Source: Corallochytrium limacisporum Hawaii
Lineage: Eukaryota > Protista > Pluriformea
DNA length: 64,000 bases
Reading direction: 5' to 3'
Assembly: GCA_002811645.1 (NCBI GenBank)
Contig: PDIP01000010.1
Coordinates: 124,001 to 188,000 of the forward strand
Within the stretch, counting starts at the first letter, position 1. The number at the start of each line of letters is the position of its first letter. Below the pieces are notes generated by a model. That model worked only from the letters and a program-made list of their open reading frames with translations. It did not search any database and was not told the DNA's origin. Position numbers and translations under genes: made by a program. Of this stretch, positions 10,021 to 20,133 are shown in pieces.

Positions 10021-11967
10021 ATGCCTGGAGTGGCAGAGGAGGATGCATCCCTGTCTCAGGGACAGTCCCTGGGTCAAGAGATCATGGACCTCTATAGTAA
10101 GATATCGCATGTCTTTAGTGATCGGGGACTAGAGTACGGTGCCGGAATGGAGATAGTTAAGTCACGGCAGGTCCAAAGACTTGCTGTGCATAGCATGTTG
10201 TCGTCCAGGATGCTGTCCATGGAACTTGCATGTGCACTAACAGGAGAACCTCAGCTCACTATTGTCCTCTTTGATCGCGGGTCCGACAGATTACAGCAGA
10301 TGCTCCACAAGGCAGGTGAAGTTGACTTCGAAGTAAATGGTCGAATATGTAATGTAAAGAATTGTGTTGAAATCTTCACTGGTCCCCTTGATCCAGGCCT
10401 GGGTGGTCTTGACTGGTGCAAGATTTTGACCTGGGGCAAGCACCGTAAACTCCGGCCAATGGTTCTATTCGCACCTCTAGCATGCATGTCCAACAGTCAT
10501 TTTCTGAATGCTGTCATGTATCACAAACATCACATGAAACGATTCGTTCTCTTCTCGGACTGGCTCTACAGTAAGGGTTTTGGATCACTTGCACCGAGAT
10601 CGTTGCAAGGTAAGGTCACCATTTGCTGTGTAGGTGATCAGCACACTGTTAGCCATCTCTTTGGCTGGAAGATTGGAACCTTTTCAACACTCGATTTAGA
10701 TACTCTAAGTGGTAATGAAGCCAATGTTGACATCGGACCTATAACGTATCACTACCCTCACTTGGCAGTGTGGAAGCTGAAGTGCCTAGTGGAAGAGGTC
10801 AGGAAAGCCGCACTTTTGACACCAACACGAAAAGTAGCAGTCCTCTGTCCCAAAGTTGGAGACATCAAAACCCATTTGTTTGGCAAGTTAGATTCCAAAC
10901 TCCAAGACCTTGTCATGATTTCAAACTCCAAAGAGGAGGTGAAGCGATCGAGTGCAGGCACTTTGATCATTTACGAGGGTGGTACTTTGAACCATCCAAA
11001 GGAGCTCATCAATTGCATTTACCACATGCGTTTGTCTTCTTCGGAAAGTAGAAGAGAAATCAATGTTGTAGTCATCCATTGGAATGGTGATTGGCATATT
11101 GAATTCAAAAGGTTGTGTGCTAGATATGAATCCATCTGGAAAGGGTTCATGCAACTTGGGGACATGTTTGTGAGCGGTGTTGAAGCTGGTAAACTACTTG
11201 CGGGTGACGTACATGAGTCCCCTCTGAACTTGTGGTTCCAATACGCCATAGACAAGCACTTGATCGGACCAGCAATGCCTTTTTATGGGCTGTACTACGA
11301 GAAGATGAAGATAACCACGAAAACGGGGGCACACAGGTCTAAGAAGGCTAAGATCCAATCCAGCTCTCACAGTGTACGCACACAACTACTCACCCACGAT
11401 CTGCAGACGATGTGGAATGCATCGGAAATAGCCGGACAAGTTGATACGAGAGTAATCTTACCAGGTAAGATCGGTACAGCCATTACTCAAACAGGAAGGC
11501 CTCTGAAAGTTGGCTGGCATGTACAATTTGGTACTCATCATGAAATGTATCTCAACCCATCGCTCACGCACGAAGCTGCCTTATTAATCGGTTGCGCGAA
11601 ACAGCTTGGCATGGTTCATCTTGACTACGACGCCCACGCCTCCAAAGCGTATCATATCAAAATCATCAATCAAGAATCATGGAAGGCATTTAAGGAAGAC
11701 TGCGGTGAGCATTTGCGGAAATATATCACTGAGCACATTGACAGTCTGGAACAGAATATGAGACGAAAGTATTCGCTACTTTGTGACCCAGTGACCCTGC
11801 ACCAGCTGCTCGATGATGTCAACGACCGGTCTAAGTTCCGAGAGACTTCCATTTGCCGGATCTGTAGATCAAAGTTACACCAAAACTCAGATCGTCCGTT
11901 TTCTTTCGATGCACCAACACAGAGACCACGCGACTATCAATTTCAGTATGGTATCGGATCTTCCTGA
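10021..11967 (+). CDS. Uncharacterised 648-aa protein, possibly a degenerate RecQ-like helicase
   Basis: Long ORF. Segments LACALTGEPQLTIVLF, MVLFAPLACMSNSHFL, KRFVLFSDW and C-terminal CRIC follow RecQ motif order but lack GKS and DEAH. Confidence 0.5.
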   Translation: MPGVAEEDASLSQGQSLGQEIMDLYSKISHVFSDRGLEYGAGMEIVKSRQVQRLAVHSMLSSRMLSMELACALTGEPQLTIVLFDRGSDRLQQMLHKAGEVDFEVNGRICNVKNCVEIFTGPLDPGLGGLDWCKILTWGKHRKLRPMVLFAPLACMSNSHFLNAVMYHKHHMKRFVLFSDWLYSKGFGSLAPRSLQGKVTICCVGDQHTVSHLFGWKIGTFSTLDLDTLSGNEANVDIGPITYHYPHLAVWKLKCLVEEVRKAALLTPTRKVAVLCPKVGDIKTHLFGKLDSKLQDLVMISNSKEEVKRSSAGTLIIYEGGTLNHPKELINCIYHMRLSSSESRREINVVVIHWNGDWHIEFKRLCARYESIWKGFMQLGDMFVSGVEAGKLLAGDVHESPLNLWFQYAIDKHLIGPAMPFYGLYYEKMKITTKTGAHRSKKAKIQSSSHSVRTQLLTHDLQTMWNASEIAGQVDTRVILPGKIGTAITQTGRPLKVGWHVQFGTHHEMYLNPSLTHEAALLIGCAKQLGMVHLDYDAHASKAYHIKIINQESWKAFKEDCGEHLRKYITEHIDSLEQNMRRKYSLLCDPVTLHQLLDDVNDRSKFRETSICRICRSKLHQNSDRPFSFDAPTQRPRDYQFQYGIGSS

Positions 11968-12020
11968 TGTATTCACACGGCTTCTTTATTGTACGATCCT
12001 TTCAGCGCTGCGGGCACCGA

Positions 12021-12806
12021 TCAGTCTTCTTCCGAGCTCGATAAATAGTCACCAACAGCACTTAGTGGATGCCCTGGTTTTTCTTCTCGGACTTCAGTCC
12101 TACGCTTCATGTCAGTCTTGACTACAGCATGAAGCCGTGACTTCTTGCGGACCACGGAAGGGCCTTTCTCCTGACCTTCCGCATTTGACGCTGTCTCCAT
12201 ACGTTGTTTCCGTAGTCGATGAAAGGCTTCTTTAAGCTCAGAGTCTTCTATACTGCTCTTAGCTTCCTCTGCTGCTAACGAATCGGTTACACGACTGGCT
12301 ATGTCTTGTTGTCGCGTGCTCATGTCTCGGAGCACTACCAGGTCCTCGGCCTCTTCAAACGCTTTCTTGGAATCAGTAAGTTTCTGTTCTATTCCTTGAA
12401 GAGGATCCAATTTCTGTTGCTCTGCCTTCTCTTTCTCGATTTTCTCTGCAGCAATTCTATTCTCGTGCTGTGCGTCAAATAAACGTTTTACGTTGTGTTC
12501 AGGTTGGAAGTCAGAGTTCTTTGGATCGGTGACGAAGCTCAGCTCTGCAGCACAAGAAGGACACCGAAGGGTAAATCGATATGTCTTGATGCCCAGATAT
12601 TCTTGTCCTTTGAGAACTTCCTTGTGTGCGTTAAACTTTCTTCCCTTGGTTATGAAATCGTTGCAAACCGTACATTGCATGGTAAACGGGACACCCAACC
12701 TGATCCTGATCCTTCCTGCATCCTTCTTTGGCTTTCGCCTCTGTTTTTCTGTGGCCAGGTCATACTCAGGCGGGAAATAAAAATTGGTCCCTTTCCTTTC
12801 TGACAT
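12021..12806 (-). CDS. YJU2: Splicing factor Yju2/CCDC94
   Basis: MSERKGTNFYFPPEYD, PFTMQCTVC, GRKFNA, YLGIKTYRF, RCPSC, TDPKNSD. First ATG at 12806. Confidence 0.93.
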   Translation of the reverse strand: MSERKGTNFYFPPEYDLATEKQRRKPKKDAGRIRIRLGVPFTMQCTVCNDFITKGRKFNAHKEVLKGQEYLGIKTYRFTLRCPSCAAELSFVTDPKNSDFQPEHNVKRLFDAQHENRIAAEKIEKEKAEQQKLDPLQGIEQKLTDSKKAFEEAEDLVVLRDMSTRQQDIASRVTDSLAAEEAKSSIEDSELKEAFHRLRKQRMETASNAEGQEKGPSVVRKKSRLHAVVKTDMKRRTEVREEKPGHPLSAVGDYLSSSEED

Positions 12807-14068
12807 GCTCACTAAACCATGGCGTGAGCTTTTGCTTACCTTGGAAATTAAAATTCTTGTTCACTTTCTGTGACATCCCAAATACGTCGTGCGCAAGTGA
12901 ATGCGCACACGCAATGCCGGTCACCCGCGCTTCGCGCGGGGACCCAACTCGTCCCCTCCAGAGGGTTCGTATTTTGCACCTTTGAATCGTCGAATTAATG
13001 CCTTCTCTCGATTCCCGCCGCTATGTCTCCCAAACGATTTTCTAAGGCCAGATTGGACTGCGGTGATTTGGAGGGAAAACTTTATTTACACTACTCCCCC
13101 ATTTGTCCTTTGATTGCCCCAATTTTATACTGAATATACTTGAAATTATTCTCTCCAGTTGGTACCACTGCTCGACCGTCTCCCGAATGTTCCAGCCAGT
13201 ACACGTCGCTATTCCAACCAGTGAACACGCCATGTACATGCTCTATAGCGAACACGCTGCTGCTACCAGCAGTGCTCGTCGAACCTCTGGAGGGAGGTCG
13301 GACCGCCTCTGGTACCGTATATTAGCGCCTTGGGAGCGGGCAGAGGATACCGAGCCAGCAGCACAATCGGACCGACCGCAGGGCGATATTGTCATATCCT
13401 TATACCCCGGTATGCACACGTTATTTTGATAGAGTTTTGCCTCCTCCAGGATGTGTACGCCCACTCCCCTACATCTCTGCGCTACTCTACGAGCATACGT
13501 AATCCTCTTTCGTTTGTTTTGGAACCCTGTTCGCCCTACATTCAGTACCGCCAACGGACCTCTACTGCGTAGGGACTGAGGTTTGCTGCAGTGGGAATAT
13601 TCCCACACAGCCGTTCTCAGTTCACTGCGCGGTAGCGGTCGAATTCTCGAGACCGCATAGTGAACATTCTATATCATTTCGAACAATGGCGCCCTCGTAC
13701 CGCACACCGGACGAGTCTGTAGTGGGTGTTCTGAAAGTCAGCAGACGAAGGGGAGAAGGCAGAACTCACAATGCGGGTGCGTGTGTGTTTTTGGTAATGG
13801 GTGTGGGGTGTGTGTATGTGTGCGTGTGTGTAGATGGACCCACTGAACCGCGCGTGAAGAATGGCCTGCTCCTGACGCGGGCGATCTCTTGATGAAAACA
13901 ACTGGTAACGGCTCTCGCAAGCACCGTCTAGCACAGAACAGTTATTTGCCCACTTGGGTATGAATGAAGCTCTCAGCTATATATTGGTGATCAGCTAGGC
14001 TGCCTTCACCAGCTCTCTACAGTCATTAAGAATCCTTGATAATTTTGTTTGCATCATAACAAGACACA

Positions 14069-15589
14069 ATGCTGAGCATCAGGGGTAGCACTGCTGTCAC
14101 TGGTGCTGTGCGCCGCTCTGTTGCGGGACGGGCGTTCGGTGCCAGCCTGGCTGTGGTAAGCCGTCGCACTATGGCCACCACCGAAGAGCAGGATCTCGTC
14201 ATTATTGGTGGCGGTCCTGGTGGTTACGTTGCTGCCATCAAGGCCGGTCAGCTCGGTCTGAAGACTACCTGCATTGAGAAGCGGGGCAAGCTCGGTGGTA
14301 CCTGCCTTAACGTTGGGTGCATTCCGTCCAAGTCTCTGCTGAACAACAGCCATTACTATGAGGAGGCCAAGAGCCACTTCGAGGACCGTGGTATTACCGT
14401 CGAAGGCATCAAGCTTGATCTGGACAAGATGATGTCTCAGAAGGTCAAGACTGTTGACACTCTGACCGGTGGTATTGAGTTGCTGTTCAAGAAGAACAAG
14501 ATCAACTATGTCAAGGGTATGGGTAAGCTTTCGGGCAAGAATGAGGTCGTCGTCGAGCTCACTGACGGTGGCACGGAGACCATCAAGACCAAGAACATTA
14601 TGCTCGCTACTGGATCTGAGGTCACTCCCTTCCCCGGTATTGAAATCGACGAGGAGAGTATCGTCTCCTCTACTGGTGCCCTGTCCCTGAAGAAGGTCCC
14701 TGAGAAGATGGTCCTCATCGGTGGCGGAGTCATTGGTTTGGAGCTGGGATGTGTGTGGAGTCGCCTCGGTGCCGAGGTGACTGTTGTTGAGTTCCTGGAT
14801 TCCATCGGTGGTGTGGGCATTGATGGTGATATTGCCAAGCAATTCAAGCGCACTCTCGAGAAGCAAGGTTTGAAGTTCAAGATGCAGCATAAGGTCACTG
14901 GTGCCAAGAAGGAAGGTGACAAGGTGTCCGTTGAAGTCGAGGATATGAAGAAGGGCAAGACCAGCAGCCTTGATTGCGATACCCTTTTGGTTGCTATCGG
15001 TCGCCGTCCCTACCTTGAGGGCCTGGGTCTGGAGGACCTCGGTGTGGAGAAGGATGAGAAGGGCCGTGTGAAGGTCAACGAGCGTTTCCAGACCACCGTT
15101 CCCAACATCTACGCAATCGGCGACATTATCCACGGACCTATGTTGGCCCACAAGGCCGAAGACGAGGGTGTTATTGCCGTTGAGGGTATGTGCGGTGGTG
15201 CTGTCCATATTGACTATAACTGTGTACCCAGTGTTATCTACACCCATCCCGAGGTCGCATGGGTTGGCAAGACCGAGGAGGACCTGAAGAACGAAGGTGT
15301 CGAGTACAACGTCGGCAAGTTCCCTTTCATGGCCAACAGCCGTGCCAAGTGCAATCAGGATGGTGATGGTTTCGTTAAGGTCTTGGCTGACAAGAAGACC
15401 GACCGCATTCTGGGTATCCACATGATGGGTTCCGCTGCTGGTGAGATGATCAACGAAGGTGTCCTTGCTATGGAGTATGGCGCCTCCGCAGAGGACCTGG
15501 CCCGTGTTTGCCACGCCCATCCTACGCTGTCCGAGGCTCTCCGGGAAGCCGCCATGATGGCATGGAATGGCAAGGCTATCAACTTCTAA
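14069..15589 (+). CDS. DLD: Mitochondrial dihydrolipoamide dehydrogenase (E3)
   Basis: Transit peptide; [35 protein letters not shown]. Confidence 0.98.
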   Translation: MLSIRGSTAVTGAVRRSVAGRAFGASLAVVSRRTMATTEEQDLVIIGGGPGGYVAAIKAGQLGLKTTCIEKRGKLGGTCLNVGCIPSKSLLNNSHYYEEAKSHFEDRGITVEGIKLDLDKMMSQKVKTVDTLTGGIELLFKKNKINYVKGMGKLSGKNEVVVELTDGGTETIKTKNIMLATGSEVTPFPGIEIDEESIVSSTGALSLKKVPEKMVLIGGGVIGLELGCVWSRLGAEVTVVEFLDSIGGVGIDGDIAKQFKRTLEKQGLKFKMQHKVTGAKKEGDKVSVEVEDMKKGKTSSLDCDTLLVAIGRRPYLEGLGLEDLGVEKDEKGRVKVNERFQTTVPNIYAIGDIIHGPMLAHKAEDEGVIAVEGMCGGAVHIDYNCVPSVIYTHPEVAWVGKTEEDLKNEGVEYNVGKFPFMANSRAKCNQDGDGFVKVLADKKTDRILGIHMMGSAAGEMINEGVLAMEYGASAEDLARVCHAHPTLSEALREAAMMAWNGKAINF

Positions 15590-15735
15590 ACTATTCCATT
15601 GCGAAAGAAAGGGGTCACATAAAGGGAGAAGGAAGCAAGCGAAACTTAGATCAAATCAAAATGCTAACCACAGAATAGAAAGTGAACACGAAAAAATGTA
15701 TAGAATCTATAGTGAAGTGCTGGGAACAGCCCTTC

Positions 15736-16455
15736 TTATTGCTTTGCCTGCTGCGCAGCGTGAATCTGTTCCTTGAATTGCGAAAGAAACTCCGCCTCGG
15801 CCTGTTCAAGTATTTTCTCGGGTTCTGCCAGAGTGACGACAGGGATTTCATATTTCGGTGCCTTCGGAGCGGCCATCCAGGTCGACCAAAGTGCCGCACT
15901 TCGCCACATCGTTAACCCATGTACCGTAGTAGCATTGACCCTTAGATACATAGTAGTAGCGCCCTGCTCCGTTTTTCTTGCTCTGGTTCCAATGCCCTTC
16001 AAAAATATTTCCGTTGGGAGTTCGCACCAACCCGGTTCCCTGACTAGTGTCATCCTCCCATTCGCCCTCGTACACACTGCCGTCCTTATACGTCATGCCA
16101 CCCCATCCACAGCGCCTTCGGACCACTCTCCGTCGTATCGACTCGTGTTGGAGAAGGAAAAGCAACCTTTCCCATGTTTGAGGTCGCCGGCCCACTCGCC
16201 GATGTACTTGCGAGAGTGGGATCCATCCTTTTTGCTATACGTACCGAAACCATGGCGCAGTCCATGCTCCCACTCACCAACATCCACATCTCCGTTCCTG
16301 TAGACACATTTGCCATGACCATGACGCATGTCATCTTTCCATTCACCAGTATATTGAGTTCCGTTACTTTCGTATACAGTAGTCCTAGGCCCGTTACGTT
16401 TAGATTGCTCAATAGCCTTGGCCCAGGTGCCGGTTTCTTTCGTTATGACACTCAT
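15736..16455 (-). pseudogene. MORN3: MORN repeat-containing protein 3-like gene with two frameshifts
   Basis: MORN repeats (YTGEWKDDMRHGHG, YIGEWAGDLKHGKG, YEGEWEDD, FEGHWNQSKKNGAG) and the MORN3 tail (AKCGTLVD...APKAPKYEIPVVTLAEPEKIL) lie in three consecutive ORF pieces, with frame breaks near 16115 and 15874. Confidence 0.8.
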
Positions 16456-18110
16456 GTACGTCCCACAATCAAACATACCATCCATATATGAGACTTCAAA
16501 CAAATAGCAAATCCGTGAACCTTTCACTCATGCCAGAGACTGCCATCGTCAAAATACCACAGCTTCATGATGTGCCTAGTCCGTGAGCTCCCAACCTGAT
16601 TGTTACCTGCGGTTCAGTTTCCAAGCCTGGCTCCGCCCAACACAGGTGAGCGCCCCTTTCCCCGCGATCCCCACCTTGGACGTGGGTTGCCCTCGGCTCC
16701 GTGCGTAGTACACACTCACCGCAGCCAGTCTGCCCGTGCTCAGGAAAAATGGGCATCGGCTGCGGAAGGGGAGAGGGGTTTCGCGGGGACGAGAAGCCGA
16801 CCGGCCCCTCCAGATAGGTCGACTGTGCTGCGTTGCCAAGGAGGTCCGAACTTGTGTGGGGGAACAGGAGGGTAAATTTGAAAATACGACACGAAGCTGT
16901 GCGGTGGCTGCGCCTTCCCAATGGCTAATTGCATGGCCACTTCATGCCTTCTACACGGGCAGGGACTGGATGAGACATTGGTGCTACATGGGAAGTCTCA
17001 GGCTTCATTGACGACTATTGCAGAAGCGCACGAGTGGCTCGTGAGAGCCTTGCTTTTCGCTGAACATTCCGAAGTGTACGAGGAGGCATCGTTGAACGCA
17101 TCAAACTGCAATATCAGTGGTGATAATGTTCAGAAGAGTAGTACCATGCTCTTGCAGAACAGGAAGAAGCGACTGCGGCCATCACTCATCATTCCGGGCC
17201 GTACCACAATGGGAAAACAGACGTGCAAACGCAGCGTGCATCCGAAGGCCGTGAATGCATTTCTCCGTTCTCGAATTGGAGCGTCCACAGATGACAGTAG
17301 GACAGAGAACCTGTCAAGTACGACAGAGATGGATCTAAAGCCTTGATGAGTTCCGGAGTCTTGCAATCTTTAAAGCTCTCGATACCGTTTCGGCAGACCC
17401 GGAGCCCATATTTGCCGAAATTGTTAGCCCAATCCACTTGGTGAAGATGAAGGATATTCAAACGCGAGAGAACATAGGGGAGTCTTGATGAGAAGCTTTA
17501 GCGATAGGAACGCCCTGGAGCAGCATCCCAGAGCAATGCGAAAAACAAAATTCAAGGTCACTGTCAATGCACACGTTGATCAAGAAGATTACGGAAGTTG
17601 CGCTGTGGAACAACCGTAGACGAGACTGGAGAGTACACACTTCCATAGATATCTACCGTACACAGCCGATCGTCAATACATCGCCATGGTGAATCATCTT
17701 GGGAATCGTCGTCACCAGTTGGTGTGATCCTCTCATCGTCTACACCGTAAACTCCGCACCGCCGCGAACAGATGTTTGACCTGTGTACTGGCCCTCAGGG
17801 TCTGAAGCCAGCCGTATTATATTTCACTTATGGGAGCCAGTGAGGGAAGCGCCAAGCCCTCCCTTCCTGTGGGGTCCTCCCAGAACGGCTGGAAGACAAG
17901 AAAAGCAAAGCCGCAAAAATTGTCTGCGCAACTCGGAACGCCCTCTCCAATTACCTCTCTCATGCCTCGCTGCCCACCCTCGTATGCTGTGCCGTCCCGG
18001 GTGTGTTTTTCTTGGGGCAGCTCGGTAGCGCTGCGCTTCGTCGTTCTTGTCTCACCATCGGCTCCTCCCCCCCCCCCCGGGGGGCGGTTAAAGAGGGGGT
18101 TTTGGTCGGG

Positions 18111-18200
18111 NNNNNNNNNNNNNNNNNNNNNNNNNNNNNNNNNNNNNNNNNNNNNNNNNNNNNNNNNNNNNNNNNNNNNNNNNNNNNNNNNNNNNNNNNN
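18111..18200. other. Assembly gap (90 N) with near-duplicated flanks
   Basis: N run; C(n)GGGGGGC.GTTAAAGAGGG occurs on both sides. Confidence 0.95.
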
Positions 18201-18662
18201 CCCCCCCCCCCCGGGGGGCTGTTAAAGAGGGAGTTTGGGTCGGGATGGACGGGTTCTGGACGATTTTACTGCAGCCGTCCAGACGAGTGTGCAACAAGCC
18301 AAGAGAACGCAAGCGAACTTTCAAATTCCGGAATCGATTGTTTGCTATAGCACAAGTCCATTAATGAGAAAGCGTATGGCATAGTATTAAGCTAGATCAA
18401 AGTGGAAGAGGACTATTCGAAAAAAGTATGAGTTGCTGCTAAGGCTGATCACAGTGACCTACCGGGACTCCTCCGATACTATACTACAAAGACATAAGAG
18501 AAGGTGAGTGAGTACGATTCCTTTCTAACTGCATGCAAGAAACATAGCTCCAGTACATACTGCACCATGACTGTTTTATAAATCGGCGGAAAGATCATGG
18601 CTCTGCAGGAGGACTTAGTCATCGACACATATTTTTAACGGTGCCGTCAGGTTTTTGGCACC

Positions 18663-19682
18663 ATGAGTAGCAGTCCATCACAAGGGCCACCGCCGTCGGA
18701 CTGTGCCACAGTCGACGAAACATACACTGGTGCTCTCATCGGATTTGCATTAGTGTTAGCTATTTTATTATCGTATACTCCTCAGCACCTAAAGATTATC
18801 CTACATCGTTCAGCTGATGGAATATCACCCTGGTTCTTACTATGCGGGTCATTTAGTTCGCTGGCAATCTTATGCAATGGATTGGCACTGCAAATTCATG
18901 TCATTGGCTGCTGCATATCAACATGGACACCTCTCGGCTGTACGGTGGAATTGCTTAAGATTTTGCAACTCGGCGCGCAATGGCTTAGTTTGAACATAGT
19001 GTTCATTTTAGTAGTTTGCTATGCGAAGCCAGGGGAACGGCTCCTCACGGCTGGGGTGGCTGTGCTGTACGTATGTCTTTGTGCAATATCTCTGGGAACA
19101 GGTTACATTTTGGTTTACATGTATGGCGGTGGGTCGTTTCTCTTGCTGGAATATGGCGACTTCATGGGGGCAGTTGGCCTCGGCTTAGTTTTGGTCCAAT
19201 ATATCCCGCAGTTGTACACGGTGATCGCAAACCGAGATGTCGGGTCATACTCCATTGCGACGCTCATGTTACAGTGCCCAGGCACCTTTGTATGGACCAC
19301 ATTCTTAGCCACGGGCCATGACTCCAATATTTCGACCTGGTTACCTAACTTCATCACTGCATGTATGCAGTTGATTCTGATCTGTGTTGGCATGTACTTT
19401 TCAGCCACCAACAAAGAAAGCGGAAGCGAGAATTCGGACAGTGAAGGATCTCAAGATGATTACTGGGACGAGGAAGCAGAGGAATTTCTTGAAGACAGCG
19501 CACAGACAGTCACGGAGAGCACAATTGTTGCGGTTTCCGAAGGCATGGAAGCTGGCCGTGTAAGCCCGAACACTGGTAGCCGTGCCCGAGATAAAGATAA
19601 GGGCAAAGGCTCTGCGACTCAAGGTGCAACAGATGAAGAGGCTACAGAACGCAGTGCTCTCCTCCGTTGGGGCCGTCGTTAA
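18663..19682 (+). CDS. PQ-loop repeat membrane protein (lysosomal/vacuolar transporter family)
   Basis: About 7 hydrophobic segments, two PQ motifs (YTPQ, YIPQ), acidic tail with dileucine signal ERSALL. Confidence 0.88.
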   Translation: MSSSPSQGPPPSDCATVDETYTGALIGFALVLAILLSYTPQHLKIILHRSADGISPWFLLCGSFSSLAILCNGLALQIHVIGCCISTWTPLGCTVELLKILQLGAQWLSLNIVFILVVCYAKPGERLLTAGVAVLYVCLCAISLGTGYILVYMYGGGSFLLLEYGDFMGAVGLGLVLVQYIPQLYTVIANRDVGSYSIATLMLQCPGTFVWTTFLATGHDSNISTWLPNFITACMQLILICVGMYFSATNKESGSENSDSEGSQDDYWDEEAEEFLEDSAQTVTESTIVAVSEGMEAGRVSPNTGSRARDKDKGKGSATQGATDEEATERSALLRWGRR

Positions 19683-20036
19683 TGGCACACGGCACTCATC
19701 CTCTGCGGACGGGTTAGCGCTTGCTCGCAGGAACCTATTTGGCGGCCTCGCTTTACCGTCGGTGTAATAGTAAATATACATCAAAGTCTTGTTTTGCTGC
19801 GTGCCTTTTATGAACTGGGCTCTTGCCCCTCCCTCCCTCTCCTTTTTCTTAAGGGGCGGGTCTCCCTCCGTACCACCGGGGGCAATGGGGGGGCCAGGGC
19901 CTGGCTCCAATTAGTACCTCGACGTGGACCGAGTGGCTAGGATGCCGTAGGCCTACTTCAGTGAAGGTTTTGGAGAGAACATCGCCAACAGCGGCTCCGT
20001 GGTAAAGTCATCGAGACACTGATGATAGACAATGTC

Positions 20037-20113
20037 CAGAGAGAGAGAGAGAACGAGCGGGTGGGCGAGCGAGAGAGAGAGACAGAGACAGAGAGAGACA
20101 GAGACAGAGAGAG
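20037..20113. repeat. (GA)n/(GACA) microsatellite immediately upstream of the REP gene
   Basis: Directly visible. Confidence 0.85.
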
Positions 20114-20133
20114 TGTGTGAGTAGGACGCTGAT

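Noticed and set aside
14054-15520. 488-aa ORF antisense to DLD
   Set aside because: Codon-aligned mirror frame of a strongly biased gene; avoidance of TTA/CTA/TCA codons removes antisense stops. No motifs.
18060-18245. Direct repeat around the N gap
   Set aside because: Most likely overlapping contig ends at a homopolymer (assembly artefact).
19915-19960. GTGGACCGAGTGGCTAGG resembling a Ser/Leu tRNA D-arm
   Set aside because: D-stem does not pair and no anticodon or T arm follows.
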